DNA from: an uncultured Alphaproteobacteria bacterium
GTDB lineage: Bacteria; Pseudomonadota; Alphaproteobacteria; HIMB59; GCA-002718135
Assembly: GCA_902610845.1 (NCBI GenBank)
Contig: CACLXJ010000001.1
Span: 35,721 to 99,720, forward strand
Direction: 5' to 3'
Length of the DNA: 64,000 nucleotides
Positions within the stretch are counted from its first letter, which is position 1. Each line of letters begins with the position of its first letter. The position numbers and the translations under genes were made by a program. Below the pieces are notes generated by a model. That model ran no database searches, was not told the DNA's origin, and worked only from the letters and a program-made list of their open reading frames with translations. This document shows positions 53,025 through 62,190 of the stretch, in pieces.

Positions 53025-53847
53025 CCAAATTATTTTCACTTAGATGTGTCCATAAATTTGAAAAACTTTGTTGAAATTTTTTTTGTGCATTTACAGCATG
53101 CTCTTTTTTTTCAAATACACTATAAATACAAGATCCACTCCCAGTTAGTCTTGAAAATATAACATTGTCAATATCCTCCAAGAAATTTATTATTGATAAA
53201 AATTCGGATTCATTTTTTTTAAGAATTTTTTCAAAATCATTTCCAGAATCTTGATCATTAATTTCTTCTAAATCAAATTCAGTTTTATAATCAAAATCTG
53301 AAGGTTTAAATGAATCATACATTTTTTTTGTAGAACATTTGAAAGACGGTCTAATTAGTAAGAAATAATATTTTGGAAAATGAACATTAGCAATTAAATC
53401 ACCCCTACCTCTAACTAGAGCATCTTTTTGATTCAAAAAAATAGGGATATCAGAGCCGAGATCAACATAATCAAATATATTTTTCTTTTTTATTAACTCT
53501 AGGTTTTCTAAAATTTTTATAACACTCGCAACATTAGATGAAGCAGAACCTAAACCAGCTTCATAAGGAAAATTTTTTGATATAGTAAAAAGAAGTTTAG
53601 GTTTATCTTCATTTATGTAAGTAAATAATTTATCAATAATGCAATCCTCAAATAGATTATTGTTTGGGGCAAAATTACCTGTATAGATTACTTGAAATCT
53701 GTTGTGCGGTTGAACAGTGATCTCATCATAAAGATCAATAAAAGTTATACCCGTACGAATATTATGAAAACCATCATCTCTTCTATTTATAATTTTTAAA
53801 AATAAATTAATTTTAGCAGGTGATTTTTCAGTTATTTTATCCAGCAT
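53011..53847 (-). CDS. ispE: 4-diphosphocytidyl-2-C-methyl-D-erythritol kinase
   Basis: 278 aa. 'PAKINLFLKI' and 'EAGLGSASSNVASV' form the GHMP kinase motif. Confidence 0.85.
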   Translation of the reverse strand: MLDKITEKSPAKINLFLKIINRRDDGFHNIRTGITFIDLYDEITVQPHNRFQVIYTGNFAPNNNLFEDCIIDKLFTYINEDKPKLLFTISKNFPYEAGLGSASSNVASVIKILENLELIKKKNIFDYVDLGSDIPIFLNQKDALVRGRGDLIANVHFPKYYFLLIRPSFKCSTKKMYDSFKPSDFDYKTEFDLEEINDQDSGNDFEKILKKNESEFLSIINFLEDIDNVIFSRLTGSGSCIYSVFEKKEHAVNAQKKFQQSFSNLWTHLSENNLVNLF

Positions 53848-55147
53848 TAATATTATCTAATTTGCTTTGAACATCTTCGGTTATTTCGTCTTCTGGTTCA
53901 GCCAATTCTAGCGCTTGTTGCCAAAAATGAATTGCTTCTCTTTTTCTATTCATAGCATAATAAATATCACCAAGATGGTCTAGAGATATTGCTTCCCCAG
54001 GGGCAATATCTATTACCTTTTCCATTAATCTAGCTGCTTCTGTGAGATTATTTTTTTTAAAATGAGCCCAAGCTAAACTGTCTATGATATAAAAGCTATC
54101 TGGATTAGCTTTGTAAGCATCTTCTAACATTTTAAGAGAACGATCTAATTGTATTTCTCTTTCAACCCAGCCATAGGCAAGATAATTTAAAACGTTAGGT
54201 GTATCAGGCTTGATCTTCAGTGATTTTAAAAAATCTTTTTCGGCTAAATCCCAGTCCCCTCTTTGTTCATAACAAATACCTCTCATGTAATATATATTCC
54301 ACACATCATCGCGACTCTCTTCAATCATACTGTCATATATTGGTAATGCTAAATCATATTTTTTATTATAACGATAAAAATCACCAAGAATTTTTTTCAA
54401 TGCATAATTATTTTTCGTGTTTTCAACTATTGATAAAATTTTAGTCTCAGCATCTTCGTACGAACTATTATATAAGTAATTAATAGCTAAACTACTTTGT
54501 GCATCTATATAGAAAGGACTATCTTGCTTAATTTTTTCAAAAATATCTCTTGCCACTTGATATTGGCCCACTTGATCAAATAATTCAGCCTTAATAATAA
54601 TTGCCCGTTCATTGCTTGGATCTATTAATTGAGCTAGTGAAGTATAAAATAGTAAAAAATTATAATTTAAACGTCGTTGTTCATTATTAGAAAAGGATGA
54701 AGATACTATTTCAACTAATGACCGGCTAATTGTGATGTTATCTTTAAATCTATTATTGGTAAAAAAAATAAACTCAAGTAAATCATTTGGTTGCTCTAAA
54801 CCATCACGTAATTTTTTTATCTGATTATATTTTTTATCTAAATAGAGGGTTGAAATTTTAATAATATAAGCCTCTTGGTTATCAATATTATTTTCTAAAA
54901 TTCTATCAGCAATATCTGCTGCTAAATTAATATCTTCTGTAATTACAGCGGCAATTGCTTTATCCAAAAGTGCATCTTGTGATAACTTTATTTTATCTGC
55001 ATCAAGGTTAAATAATGTTGAAGAATAATCATAATTTTTATAGGCTGATTGTGAAATTAAAAAAGATGAACTGCTTATTGCTAAAACACTGGTATTGAAT
55101 AAAAAAATTAGACAAACAAAAAATAGTTTTTTAATAAAATTAATCAT
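53837..55147 (-). CDS. Periplasmic TPR-repeat protein
   Basis: 436 aa. Has a signal peptide and multiple TPR units in the C-terminal half ('YMRGICYEQRGDWDLAEKDFLKSLKIKPDTPNVLNYLAY'). Confidence 0.65.
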   Translation of the reverse strand: MINFIKKLFFVCLIFLFNTSVLAISSSSFLISQSAYKNYDYSSTLFNLDADKIKLSQDALLDKAIAAVITEDINLAADIADRILENNIDNQEAYIIKISTLYLDKKYNQIKKLRDGLEQPNDLLEFIFFTNNRFKDNITISRSLVEIVSSSFSNNEQRRLNYNFLLFYTSLAQLIDPSNERAIIIKAELFDQVGQYQVARDIFEKIKQDSPFYIDAQSSLAINYLYNSSYEDAETKILSIVENTKNNYALKKILGDFYRYNKKYDLALPIYDSMIEESRDDVWNIYYMRGICYEQRGDWDLAEKDFLKSLKIKPDTPNVLNYLAYGWVEREIQLDRSLKMLEDAYKANPDSFYIIDSLAWAHFKKNNLTEAARLMEKVIDIAPGEAISLDHLGDIYYAMNRKREAIHFWQQALELAEPEDEITEDVQSKLDNINAG

Positions 55148-55194
55148 TTCAAATATATTAGAGTTGCACTATGAATAGATAATTGTAATTTTGC

Positions 55195-55905
55195 ATGAAT
55201 CAATCAAATAAGAAAAATTTAGAATTCATAGTTAATTCTGGAGTAAACTATTTTCTTCAGGATTCTCCAAGAAACTGGTTTGAAAGTGAGAAAAAAGCGG
55301 AATTGCCTCATTCAAATATCGAAACTGATGATAAAAAATCACAAATCGAACTTATTATTAAAGACCTTAAAGTTCATCAATCATCTCTTCAGAAAACTGC
55401 AAAAAATTTAGTTGTTTATGATGGAAACTTAAATTCAAAAGTGATGTTAATTGGTGAAGCGCCAGGAAGAGATGAGGATGAACAAGGAATACCATTTGTT
55501 GGAAGAGCTGGACAACTTTTAAATAAGATGCTTTTAGCCATTAAACTCCAAAGAGGAGATGTCTACATTACCAATGTTGTAAATTGGCGACCTCCAGATA
55601 ATAGAACGCCTACTGATGATGAAATATTAGAATATTTACCTTTTTTACAAAGACAAATTGATATTGTTAAGCCTAAATTTATTTTTCTTCTAGGAGGTGT
55701 TGCGGCAAAAGCTATTTTATCAACTCCTCTAGCGCTTGGAAAACTTAGAGGTAGATGGCATGAATACAAATCACTTAACTTGGAAGAATCTATTCTTACA
55801 ATTGCATCTTATCATCCTGCGTTTTTACTTCGTTCTCCCCAATATAAAAAACAATCATGGGAAGATTTACAAATGTTACAAGAAAAATTAAAAAATGAAT
55901 CTTAA
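55195..55905 (+). CDS. Uracil-DNA glycosylase, family 4
   Basis: 236 aa. 'VMLIGEAPGRDEDEQGIPFVGRAGQLL' and 'HPAFLLR' are family-4 UDG motifs. Confidence 0.85.
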   Translation: MNQSNKKNLEFIVNSGVNYFLQDSPRNWFESEKKAELPHSNIETDDKKSQIELIIKDLKVHQSSLQKTAKNLVVYDGNLNSKVMLIGEAPGRDEDEQGIPFVGRAGQLLNKMLLAIKLQRGDVYITNVVNWRPPDNRTPTDDEILEYLPFLQRQIDIVKPKFIFLLGGVAAKAILSTPLALGKLRGRWHEYKSLNLEESILTIASYHPAFLLRSPQYKKQSWEDLQMLQEKLKNES

Positions 55906-57640
55906 AAAGTTTTTAATTTTTAATTTTTTTATTTTTTTAGTCATCTTTTCAAAACAGCTTTATGCATACCAACAAGATATTGTTTTAAAGTACGATAACA
56001 TATTTTCATCAAAAGTTTTGAGTGATGAAGATGTCTTCAATTATCAACAGGCGTACAAGTTTCAAGAAAAGTGTAAATGGAAAAGTGCAAATAATTTCAT
56101 TTTAAAAATAAAAAATAAATCACTACTCGGACATATTTATGCTCAAAAATTTTTACATCCAAATTGTTATAAATCAAAGTATTTGGAGTTATATTATTGG
56201 CTGAAAAAATATAATGACCTTCCACAAGCTAAACAAATATATAAATTGGCTATTCGAAGAATGCCGTCTGGTTATAAAAGTCCTTCAAAACCTACCACTC
56301 CGATTGGAATTGAAGCTGAACAAGTAAATAGTAAAAAATCAAGTACCTATAAAAGTACAAAAAAACTTTCAAGTAATGAAAGAGCAGAAAAAAGAAAACT
56401 AATTAATGCTATTAAATCAAGAGTTAATAAAGGCTGGCCAACAGGAGCTGTACAATTACTAAATCAGCGAGATGTTAATTTGCTTTTAGATCAAGTAGAA
56501 ATTGATGAGCAAAAAGAATTAATTGCCAAAGGGTACTTCTTAGCAAATAAAAATGATTTAGCTATCCAATATGCATCAGAGGCTCTTGTCAATTCAGCAA
56601 AATACGTTCCCTATGCTGCTTGGACAGCTGGTTTATCATCTTGGCGATTAGAAAAATTTAAAGATGCCGCAAAATATTTTTCTCTCTTCTCTATAAGTTT
56701 AAAAGATGATGCATGGCATCAAACTTCAGGTAGTTTTTGGACAGCTAGATCATATGCTAAACTTGGACAATATGATGATATTAATTTCTGGTTAAAAAGA
56801 GCTTCCAACAATCCTAATAGTTTTTATGGAATGCTTGCTTTAGAAATATTAGGTGTTGATGAAAAAATTGAATGGGTTGAACATACTAATCTTAATAATA
56901 ATAATAGTATGATTTTAAATATTCCAGCTGGAAAAAGAATACAGACACTTATTCAAGTTGGATTTGCAGATGAATTAGAAAAAGAAATTGTTCATATTAA
57001 TTCAATTCTTAATCGTGAAGTTGCAAAGGAATCCATACAGATTGCTGAAAATTTTGACTTAGCCTACACGCAGTTAAAAATTGTCAATAAGCTAGAACAG
57101 TTTGGCATGGATGTTCCAACCTATCTTTATTATCCAACAAGTGTTTGGAAACCCCGTGATGGTTATAAATTAGAAAAAGAATTACTACATGCCTTTATGC
57201 ATCAAGAATCCATGTTCAATATTACAGCAAAAAGTAAAGATGGTGCGATTGGGTTGATGCAGGTATTACCTTCAACAGCAAAGTTTATTACGTCTAGTAA
57301 AGATGTCAAAAGAAGTAACAGTAATATTCTTAAAAATCCTGAAATTAATTTAGAAGTTGGTCAGGAATATTTAACCTACCTTCTTGATCTTGAACAAGTA
57401 TCAAGAAATCTTATTTTTCTTGCAACAGCGTATAATGGTGGTCCAGGAAATTTACAAAAATGGAAGAATGAAACAAACTATATGGATGATTCATTATTTT
57501 TTATGGAAAGTATTCCTTCAAGAGAAACAAGGTGGTTTATTGAAAAGATTCTAACCAAATATTGGATTTACCAAAATAAAAATAATAAAGAAATGCGCTC
57601 TTTAAAAATGCTAGCAAATGGGAATGATCCACTTTATTAA
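55895..57640 (+). CDS. slt: Soluble lytic murein transglycosylase (Slt70-like)
   Basis: 581 aa. Has a signal peptide, a superhelical N-domain, and a C-terminal SLT domain with catalytic 'MHQESMFN' and 'AYNGGPGN'. Confidence 0.8.
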   Translation: MNLKKFLIFNFFIFLVIFSKQLYAYQQDIVLKYDNIFSSKVLSDEDVFNYQQAYKFQEKCKWKSANNFILKIKNKSLLGHIYAQKFLHPNCYKSKYLELYYWLKKYNDLPQAKQIYKLAIRRMPSGYKSPSKPTTPIGIEAEQVNSKKSSTYKSTKKLSSNERAEKRKLINAIKSRVNKGWPTGAVQLLNQRDVNLLLDQVEIDEQKELIAKGYFLANKNDLAIQYASEALVNSAKYVPYAAWTAGLSSWRLEKFKDAAKYFSLFSISLKDDAWHQTSGSFWTARSYAKLGQYDDINFWLKRASNNPNSFYGMLALEILGVDEKIEWVEHTNLNNNNSMILNIPAGKRIQTLIQVGFADELEKEIVHINSILNREVAKESIQIAENFDLAYTQLKIVNKLEQFGMDVPTYLYYPTSVWKPRDGYKLEKELLHAFMHQESMFNITAKSKDGAIGLMQVLPSTAKFITSSKDVKRSNSNILKNPEINLEVGQEYLTYLLDLEQVSRNLIFLATAYNGGPGNLQKWKNETNYMDDSLFFMESIPSRETRWFIEKILTKYWIYQNKNNKEMRSLKMLANGNDPLY

Positions 57641-57646
57641 TAGACT

Positions 57647-58174
57647 ATGCCTATTGATACTTCTCTAGAATTTGTTCCAATTAATATTGCTGTTATTACA
57701 ATCTCGGATTCGAGAACAAAAGAAAATGATACATCTGGAGACACTTTAGAAAAACGTATCATAGATGCAGGTCATCAAATGATTAAACGAACAATCATTC
57801 CTGATGATGTATCGAAAATAAAAGATACTTTAAATGCAATGTCGAGGGAAAAAGATATAGATTGTATCATAACAACTGGTGGTACAGGCTTAACAGGAAG
57901 AGATACCACCCCAGAAGCTGTGAAAGAAATTGCGAATAAACATATTGATGGATTTGGCGAGTTATTCAGACAAGTAAGTTTTGAAAAAATTGGTACATCA
58001 GCAATTCAATCACGAGCTGTTGCCGCATTAATAAATAGTACGTATGTTTTTTGCTTACCTGGGTCCACAGGGGCATGTAAAGATGGATGGGATGAAATAT
58101 TGCAATATCAATTAGATATTAGACATAAGCCCTGCAATTTTGTTGAAATCATGCCAAGACTAATTGAAAAATAG
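57647..58174 (+). CDS. moaB: Molybdenum cofactor biosynthesis protein B (MoaB/MogA family)
   Basis: 175 aa. 'IITTGGTGLTGRDTTPEA' is the MoCF_biosynth motif. Confidence 0.8.
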   Translation: MPIDTSLEFVPINIAVITISDSRTKENDTSGDTLEKRIIDAGHQMIKRTIIPDDVSKIKDTLNAMSREKDIDCIITTGGTGLTGRDTTPEAVKEIANKHIDGFGELFRQVSFEKIGTSAIQSRAVAALINSTYVFCLPGSTGACKDGWDEILQYQLDIRHKPCNFVEIMPRLIEK

Positions 58175-58788
58175 TGGCTGACTTTTCAATTGAAAAATCA
58201 ATTGATGGACCAGTTATTGGTTTAGACGAAGTAGGACGTGGACCATTAGCAGGACCAGTTGTTAGTTGTGGTTGTCATTATCTACATTATGATGATTTAG
58301 AATCAGAAATTCCCATAACTGATTCAAAAAAACATACACCAAAACAAAGAGAGAAATTATTTTTATTTTTTAAAAGATTACAAAAAGAGAATAAGCTTCA
58401 ATATAATTTGGGTTACGCAAGTGTAGAAGAAATAGATAAAATTAATATTTTGGAAGCAACAAAATTATCAATGAAAAGAGTGATAAATAAATTTAGTATT
58501 GATAATCCTAATCTTATTATTGATGGAAATTTTTCATTAAATTATAAAAATGAAAAATCAGTCATTGGAGGAGATAAAAAATCATTATCAATCGCAACTG
58601 CTTCTATTATAGCAAAAGTTCACCGCGATAGACTAATGAATATTCTTGATAATAAGTTTAATTATTATCATTGGAAAAGTAATGCTGGTTATGGAACAAA
58701 AAAACACATTGAAGCAATTCATAAACATGGAATAACTATCTTCCATCGTAAATCTTTTGAGCCTATTAAATCGTTATTAAATAAATAA
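58174..58788 (+). CDS. rnhB: Ribonuclease HII
   Basis: 204 aa. 'IGLDEVGRGPLAGPVV' is the catalytic DE motif, and 'DSKK' is also present. Its GTG start overlaps the moaB stop. Confidence 0.9.
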   Translation: MADFSIEKSIDGPVIGLDEVGRGPLAGPVVSCGCHYLHYDDLESEIPITDSKKHTPKQREKLFLFFKRLQKENKLQYNLGYASVEEIDKINILEATKLSMKRVINKFSIDNPNLIIDGNFSLNYKNEKSVIGGDKKSLSIATASIIAKVHRDRLMNILDNKFNYYHWKSNAGYGTKKHIEAIHKHGITIFHRKSFEPIKSLLNK

Positions 58789-58879
58789 TTTATTATTCTA
58801 GCCATGCAAGTAATGCATAACAATTATTATTTTATTATGCTTCAAAAAGATGCGACAAATATTATATGTTTATTATGTT

Positions 58880-58933
58880 TCATCATTCCTCCCATTTGAT
58901 GAGCTATTTTAGGGGTCTTCGGACCCCTTTTTT
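58880..58933 (+). ncRNA. Candidate small RNA 3' module: C-rich-loop hairpin plus intrinsic terminator
   Basis: Hairpin TCATCA-[TTCCTCCCATT]-TGATGA spans 58880-58902. It is followed by GGGGTC-TTCG-GACCCC plus T6 at 58912-58933. The module lies in a 249-nt spacer, the longest in the window. No transcript evidence is available. Confidence 0.3.
58912..58933 (+). terminator. Rho-independent terminator (UUCG tetraloop hairpin plus T6)
   Basis: 'GGGGTCTTCGGACCCC' is followed immediately by TTTTTT. Confidence 0.75.
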
Positions 58934-59037
58934 ATGTTTTAAGCCAATTCTTAAGGTTATCCCTACCTAAAGATTCTCTCTGTTGATAACTCAATTGACC
59001 TGATTATATATCTGCTTAAAGATTCCTTTTATCAATT

Positions 59038-60108
59038 ATGAAGAAAAATCAGATCATTTTAGGTGACTCGATCAAGGAAATGAAAAAAATAAAGGATCAT
59101 TCTGTTGATCTTATTTTTGCTGACCCACCCTACAACCTCCAATTAAAAGATACGCTATACAGGCCAGATCAAACAACAGTAGAAGCTGTTACACAGGATT
59201 GGGACAAGTTTAATACGTATAAAGAATATGATCAATTTACTAATGCTTGGCTTAGTGAATGTAAAAGAATATTAAAAAAAGGTGGCGCTCTTTGGGTCAT
59301 AGGAAGTTATCATAATATTTTACGTGTAGGTTCTACGATACAAGATGAAGGTCTGTGGATTTTAAATGATATTATATGGCATAAAACAAATCCTATGCCA
59401 AATTTTCGAGGGACGCGTTTTACAAATGCCCATGAAACTTTACTTTGGTGTACAACGTCACGTGATGCAAAATATACTTTTAATTATCAAAACTTAAAAG
59501 AGCTTAATGAAGGCAAACAAATGCGAAGTGATTGGTATATTCCTATTTGTTCTGGAAAAGAACGATTACGAGAAGACAATAATCAACGATCACATCCCAC
59601 ACAAAAACCGGAAGCATTACTGTATAGAATTCTTTTAGCATCAACTAATAAAGGTGATGTCGTTCTTGATCCATTTTCAGGAAGTGGAACAACAGCCGTT
59701 GTTGCTAAAAAATTACAACGAAATTTTATTAGTATTGAGAAAGATAAAGACTACGTAGAGCTGTCTAAAAAAAGATTAGGAGCAACAAAGGTCTTAAAAG
59801 AAGATGTAATTGAACTTACTAAAAGTAGACGTGATTTACCTAAAGTACCTTTTGGTGAATTAGTTGAACAAGGTATTATTCCACCGGGTGCTGTATTAAC
59901 AGATAAAAAAGAGCGCTTTAAAGCAACGGTCAGTATTGATGGTACATTAAAAATAAAAGATTTATCAGGCTCCATTCACCAAATGGGTGCAAAAATGCAA
60001 GGACTGCCTAGTTGTAATGGATGGGATTTTTGGCATGTAAAAGATAGATCAAAATCTATTCTTCTTGATGACATACGATCTGATTATAGAAACAAAAAAT
60101 TAAATTAA
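59038..60108 (+). CDS. ccrM: Cell-cycle-regulated N6-adenine DNA methyltransferase CcrM (GANTC-specific family)
   Basis: 356 aa. 'VDLIFADPPYNL', 'WVIGSYHNI', 'NPMPNFRGTRFTNAHETL' and 'HPTQKPEALL' are present. The CcrM-specific C-terminal domain 'LSGSIHQMGAKMQGLPSCNGWDFWH' is present too. The protein is collinear with Caulobacter CcrM as I recall it, and rnhB is adjacent. Confidence 0.88.
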   Translation: MKKNQIILGDSIKEMKKIKDHSVDLIFADPPYNLQLKDTLYRPDQTTVEAVTQDWDKFNTYKEYDQFTNAWLSECKRILKKGGALWVIGSYHNILRVGSTIQDEGLWILNDIIWHKTNPMPNFRGTRFTNAHETLLWCTTSRDAKYTFNYQNLKELNEGKQMRSDWYIPICSGKERLREDNNQRSHPTQKPEALLYRILLASTNKGDVVLDPFSGSGTTAVVAKKLQRNFISIEKDKDYVELSKKRLGATKVLKEDVIELTKSRRDLPKVPFGELVEQGIIPPGAVLTDKKERFKATVSIDGTLKIKDLSGSIHQMGAKMQGLPSCNGWDFWHVKDRSKSILLDDIRSDYRNKKLN

Positions 60109-60129
60109 TTTAGATAAACGGTAAAAAAA

Positions 60130-60148
60130 AAGGGGCTTAAAGCCCCTT
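60130..60148. terminator. Bidirectional hairpin terminator between ccrM and the exonuclease gene
   Basis: 'AAGGGGCTT-A-AAGCCCCTT' is flanked by A8 on the left. It separates convergent genes. Confidence 0.6.
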
Positions 60149-60151
60149 AAA

Positions 60152-61501
60152 TTAAATTGCTTTAAGAAATTGTTCGTACTGCGTGAGAGGGGTACTATCA
60201 ACCCCTGGATTTTTCTCTTTGAAAGTCTCAAAGTCGACAATTGCTTGATGAAGAGATCTAGGTTGATTATCATTAACGTGAAGTTTGTTATGAATATCTT
60301 TCTCTACTTGATTAATTACATTAGCACTCAACAAAGATCGATTTTCTTCAAAGATTAACCTATTTGCAAGCTCAGTAAATCGAGGATCCTCAAATTGAGA
60401 AGCTATTATAGCTCTCTCATTCCAATCAGAATTATGAAAAACTTTCATAAGATTTTGATCAAACTGTTCAGGAAAACCACCACTAAAGATCTTTTCTTCT
60501 ACTGTGGTGCCTTCAGGCCAATCTTTTTCAGTTAAATCTGCTGCTAATTGAAGAGCATCTTTAAAAGATTTGTTAGCTCTAATTTTCCTGGCTCTCTCGA
60601 ACAACACTTCTTCAGAAATATCATATTGGATAAATTTGATATAACTAAGGTCAAGTAGGATTGGCATTTTATTATTTTTGATAAAATAAAATGGCGATGA
60701 TTTTTTCCTTACAATTTTAGTTAACTCTTTCGCTGATAGATCTAAATAATCATCTGGATCAAATTTTAAGTCAAAGGTAAAATAACCAGATCCATACTTT
60801 AAACAATTTGTTAAAAGTAACTTTTGATCATAAAAAGGTGAATGACAAAAAACTAAATTTTGATTTATAAATTGTTCAATTCCTTTCTTAGATGTCATTT
60901 GCAAACAATTTTCAAAAAATTTTGGATCATTTTTTTTTATTTTATGTAATAATCCTACACATGCTAGCACATCGCTTTCTGCTTCATGAGCGTTCGTATG
61001 ATCTAATTGATTTGCTGAAGATAGACTTTCAAGTCGAAAATCAGGTTTACCTTTATCGTTCATATTAACTTTAATCGAAGTAGGACTAAATGTGTATGAA
61101 GATCGAGCTACATTAAGTGTATCAGCTTCTTGATTCCCCATGGTTTGGCAAATATAAACTGGCAACAAACATTGGTAAAATTGGCTTCTCAGAATTTCAC
61201 GATCAAATGTTAAAGAATTATGACCTACGATATAACTCGGAGTATGCTTCATTAAATAATTATGAATTTCTCTAGTCATTTCAAAATAAGACATATTAGA
61301 ATTCCTTAAATCAGTGATTTTTAGCTTGTTAGTCGCTAAAGCAAAAATGCTTGGAATCAATCCGGGTTTTAACCCGGTTTGAAGATTAATTTCGTCAATC
61401 AATGTAAAAGATTGATCATAAGTTTTAGCTGAAAATGTTAGAGCATAATCAAACCTTGTCTGCAGACCGGTTGTTTCGGTATCAAAAAAAGTAAATTTCA
61501 T
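60152..61501 (-). CDS. Exodeoxyribonuclease I (SbcB)-like DEDDh 3'-5' exonuclease
   Basis: 449 aa. 'FFDTETTGL' (Exo I motif), 'GHNSLTFD' (Exo II) and 'GKPDFRLESLSSANQLDHTNAHEAESDV' (Exo III, HxxxxD) are collinear with E. coli ExoI, as is the ExoI-like C-terminal region ('IKNNKMPILL', 'FSGGFPEQFDQ'). SD 'gaggagg' lies upstream. Confidence 0.8.
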   Translation of the reverse strand: MKFTFFDTETTGLQTRFDYALTFSAKTYDQSFTLIDEINLQTGLKPGLIPSIFALATNKLKITDLRNSNMSYFEMTREIHNYLMKHTPSYIVGHNSLTFDREILRSQFYQCLLPVYICQTMGNQEADTLNVARSSYTFSPTSIKVNMNDKGKPDFRLESLSSANQLDHTNAHEAESDVLACVGLLHKIKKNDPKFFENCLQMTSKKGIEQFINQNLVFCHSPFYDQKLLLTNCLKYGSGYFTFDLKFDPDDYLDLSAKELTKIVRKKSSPFYFIKNNKMPILLDLSYIKFIQYDISEEVLFERARKIRANKSFKDALQLAADLTEKDWPEGTTVEEKIFSGGFPEQFDQNLMKVFHNSDWNERAIIASQFEDPRFTELANRLIFEENRSLLSANVINQVEKDIHNKLHVNDNQPRSLHQAIVDFETFKEKNPGVDSTPLTQYEQFLKAI

Positions 61502-62190
61502 GCTGCCTCCTCAAACTTATTTGATCCAGAAATTAAGTTGTATCGTGGCAGAACGCCATTTTGAGATTTATATTTTTCCAGAAAATGATTTTCCCAATAT
61601 ACTCTCTTATCTTCAAAAGGTATGAAAGTATATTTTATACAATCAAATACCCAGCTCTTACGTTGGTCTTCTTTTGCACGATCATATATTGAAGCTCCTC
61701 GTCCATAGTACACAGTTTCTGAACCTTGAAGATATTGATAAATACCAGGTGCTTTAGGTAGGTCCTTAGGATCATGCTTAAAATGCTCAAACTGAGGTAC
61801 TATTGGAATTACAATCTCTTTAGTTTCTCGATTATAGCTAACTGGAATTCTTGCAAGTTCCCTTTTTCCTTCAGCTAATTTTCGTAAACAAGAAAATTGA
61901 CTTACTAATCTTTTACAAGATAGATACATAGGCCCAAAACCTTTTCGTCTACGATGATCAGATGAAAAAGCTAAATTTTCACAAGATGCTTCTTCATGAG
62001 AACCTTTTATGAAAAGTTGAGAAGACCAATTGTAATCTTGATGATCTCTTTTGCATGTTATAGTTTTAAAATTATGAAGACCGGCTAGCTGAGTAATGCT
62101 TGAATTGAAATAAATTCCATTTTTTCGTACACTAACTGAAGCAGCTTTAGGATCAAAATAAGTATCTAATCGACATATAAATTTATCCAT
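61498..62190 (-). CDS. Two-domain protein: unrecognised N-terminal domain plus C-terminal UvrC/Cho-like GIY-YIG nuclease domain
   Basis: 230 aa. 'PGIYQYLQGSETVYYGRGASIYDRAKE...YWENHFLEKYKSQNGVLPRYN' matches GIY-x9-Y(I/Y)G-x-A-x2-(L/I)-x2-R ... E-N-x-(L/F)-(I/L)-x2-Y...P-R-Y-N of the UvrC N-domain. A strong SD 'aaggaggt' lies 7 nt upstream, and the gene overlaps the exonuclease start (ATGA). Confidence 0.7.
   Translation of the reverse strand: MDKFICRLDTYFDPKAASVSVRKNGIYFNSSITQLAGLHNFKTITCKRDHQDYNWSSQLFIKGSHEEASCENLAFSSDHRRRKGFGPMYLSCKRLVSQFSCLRKLAEGKRELARIPVSYNRETKEIVIPIVPQFEHFKHDPKDLPKAPGIYQYLQGSETVYYGRGASIYDRAKEDQRKSWVFDCIKYTFIPFEDKRVYWENHFLEKYKSQNGVLPRYNLISGSNKFEEAA

Noticed and set aside
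58939-58954. TTAA-N8-TTAA upstream of ccrM, resembling a CtrA box.
   Set aside because: The canonical CtrA site is TTAA-N7-TTAAC. The spacing here is 8 nt, and TTAA is very frequent in this AT-rich DNA.
58972-59025. Two GANTC (GATTC) sites at 58972 and 59021 in the ccrM upstream region, possibly methylation-dependent autoregulation as in Caulobacter.
   Set aside because: Two occurrences of a degenerate 5-mer in about 250 nt is not clearly above chance. Genome-wide GANTC statistics would be needed before claiming enrichment.
59038-62190. Possibility that the CcrM-like methyltransferase and the nearby GIY-YIG nuclease form a HinfI-like (GANTC) type II restriction-modification pair.
   Set aside because: The methyltransferase carries the CcrM-specific C-terminal domain and sits next to rnhB, as I recall it does in some other alphaproteobacteria. 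It is convergent with the nuclease operon, and a strong hairpin terminator and the exonuclease gene separate the two. Linkage is therefore not supported, though methylation-sensing by the nuclease cannot be excluded.
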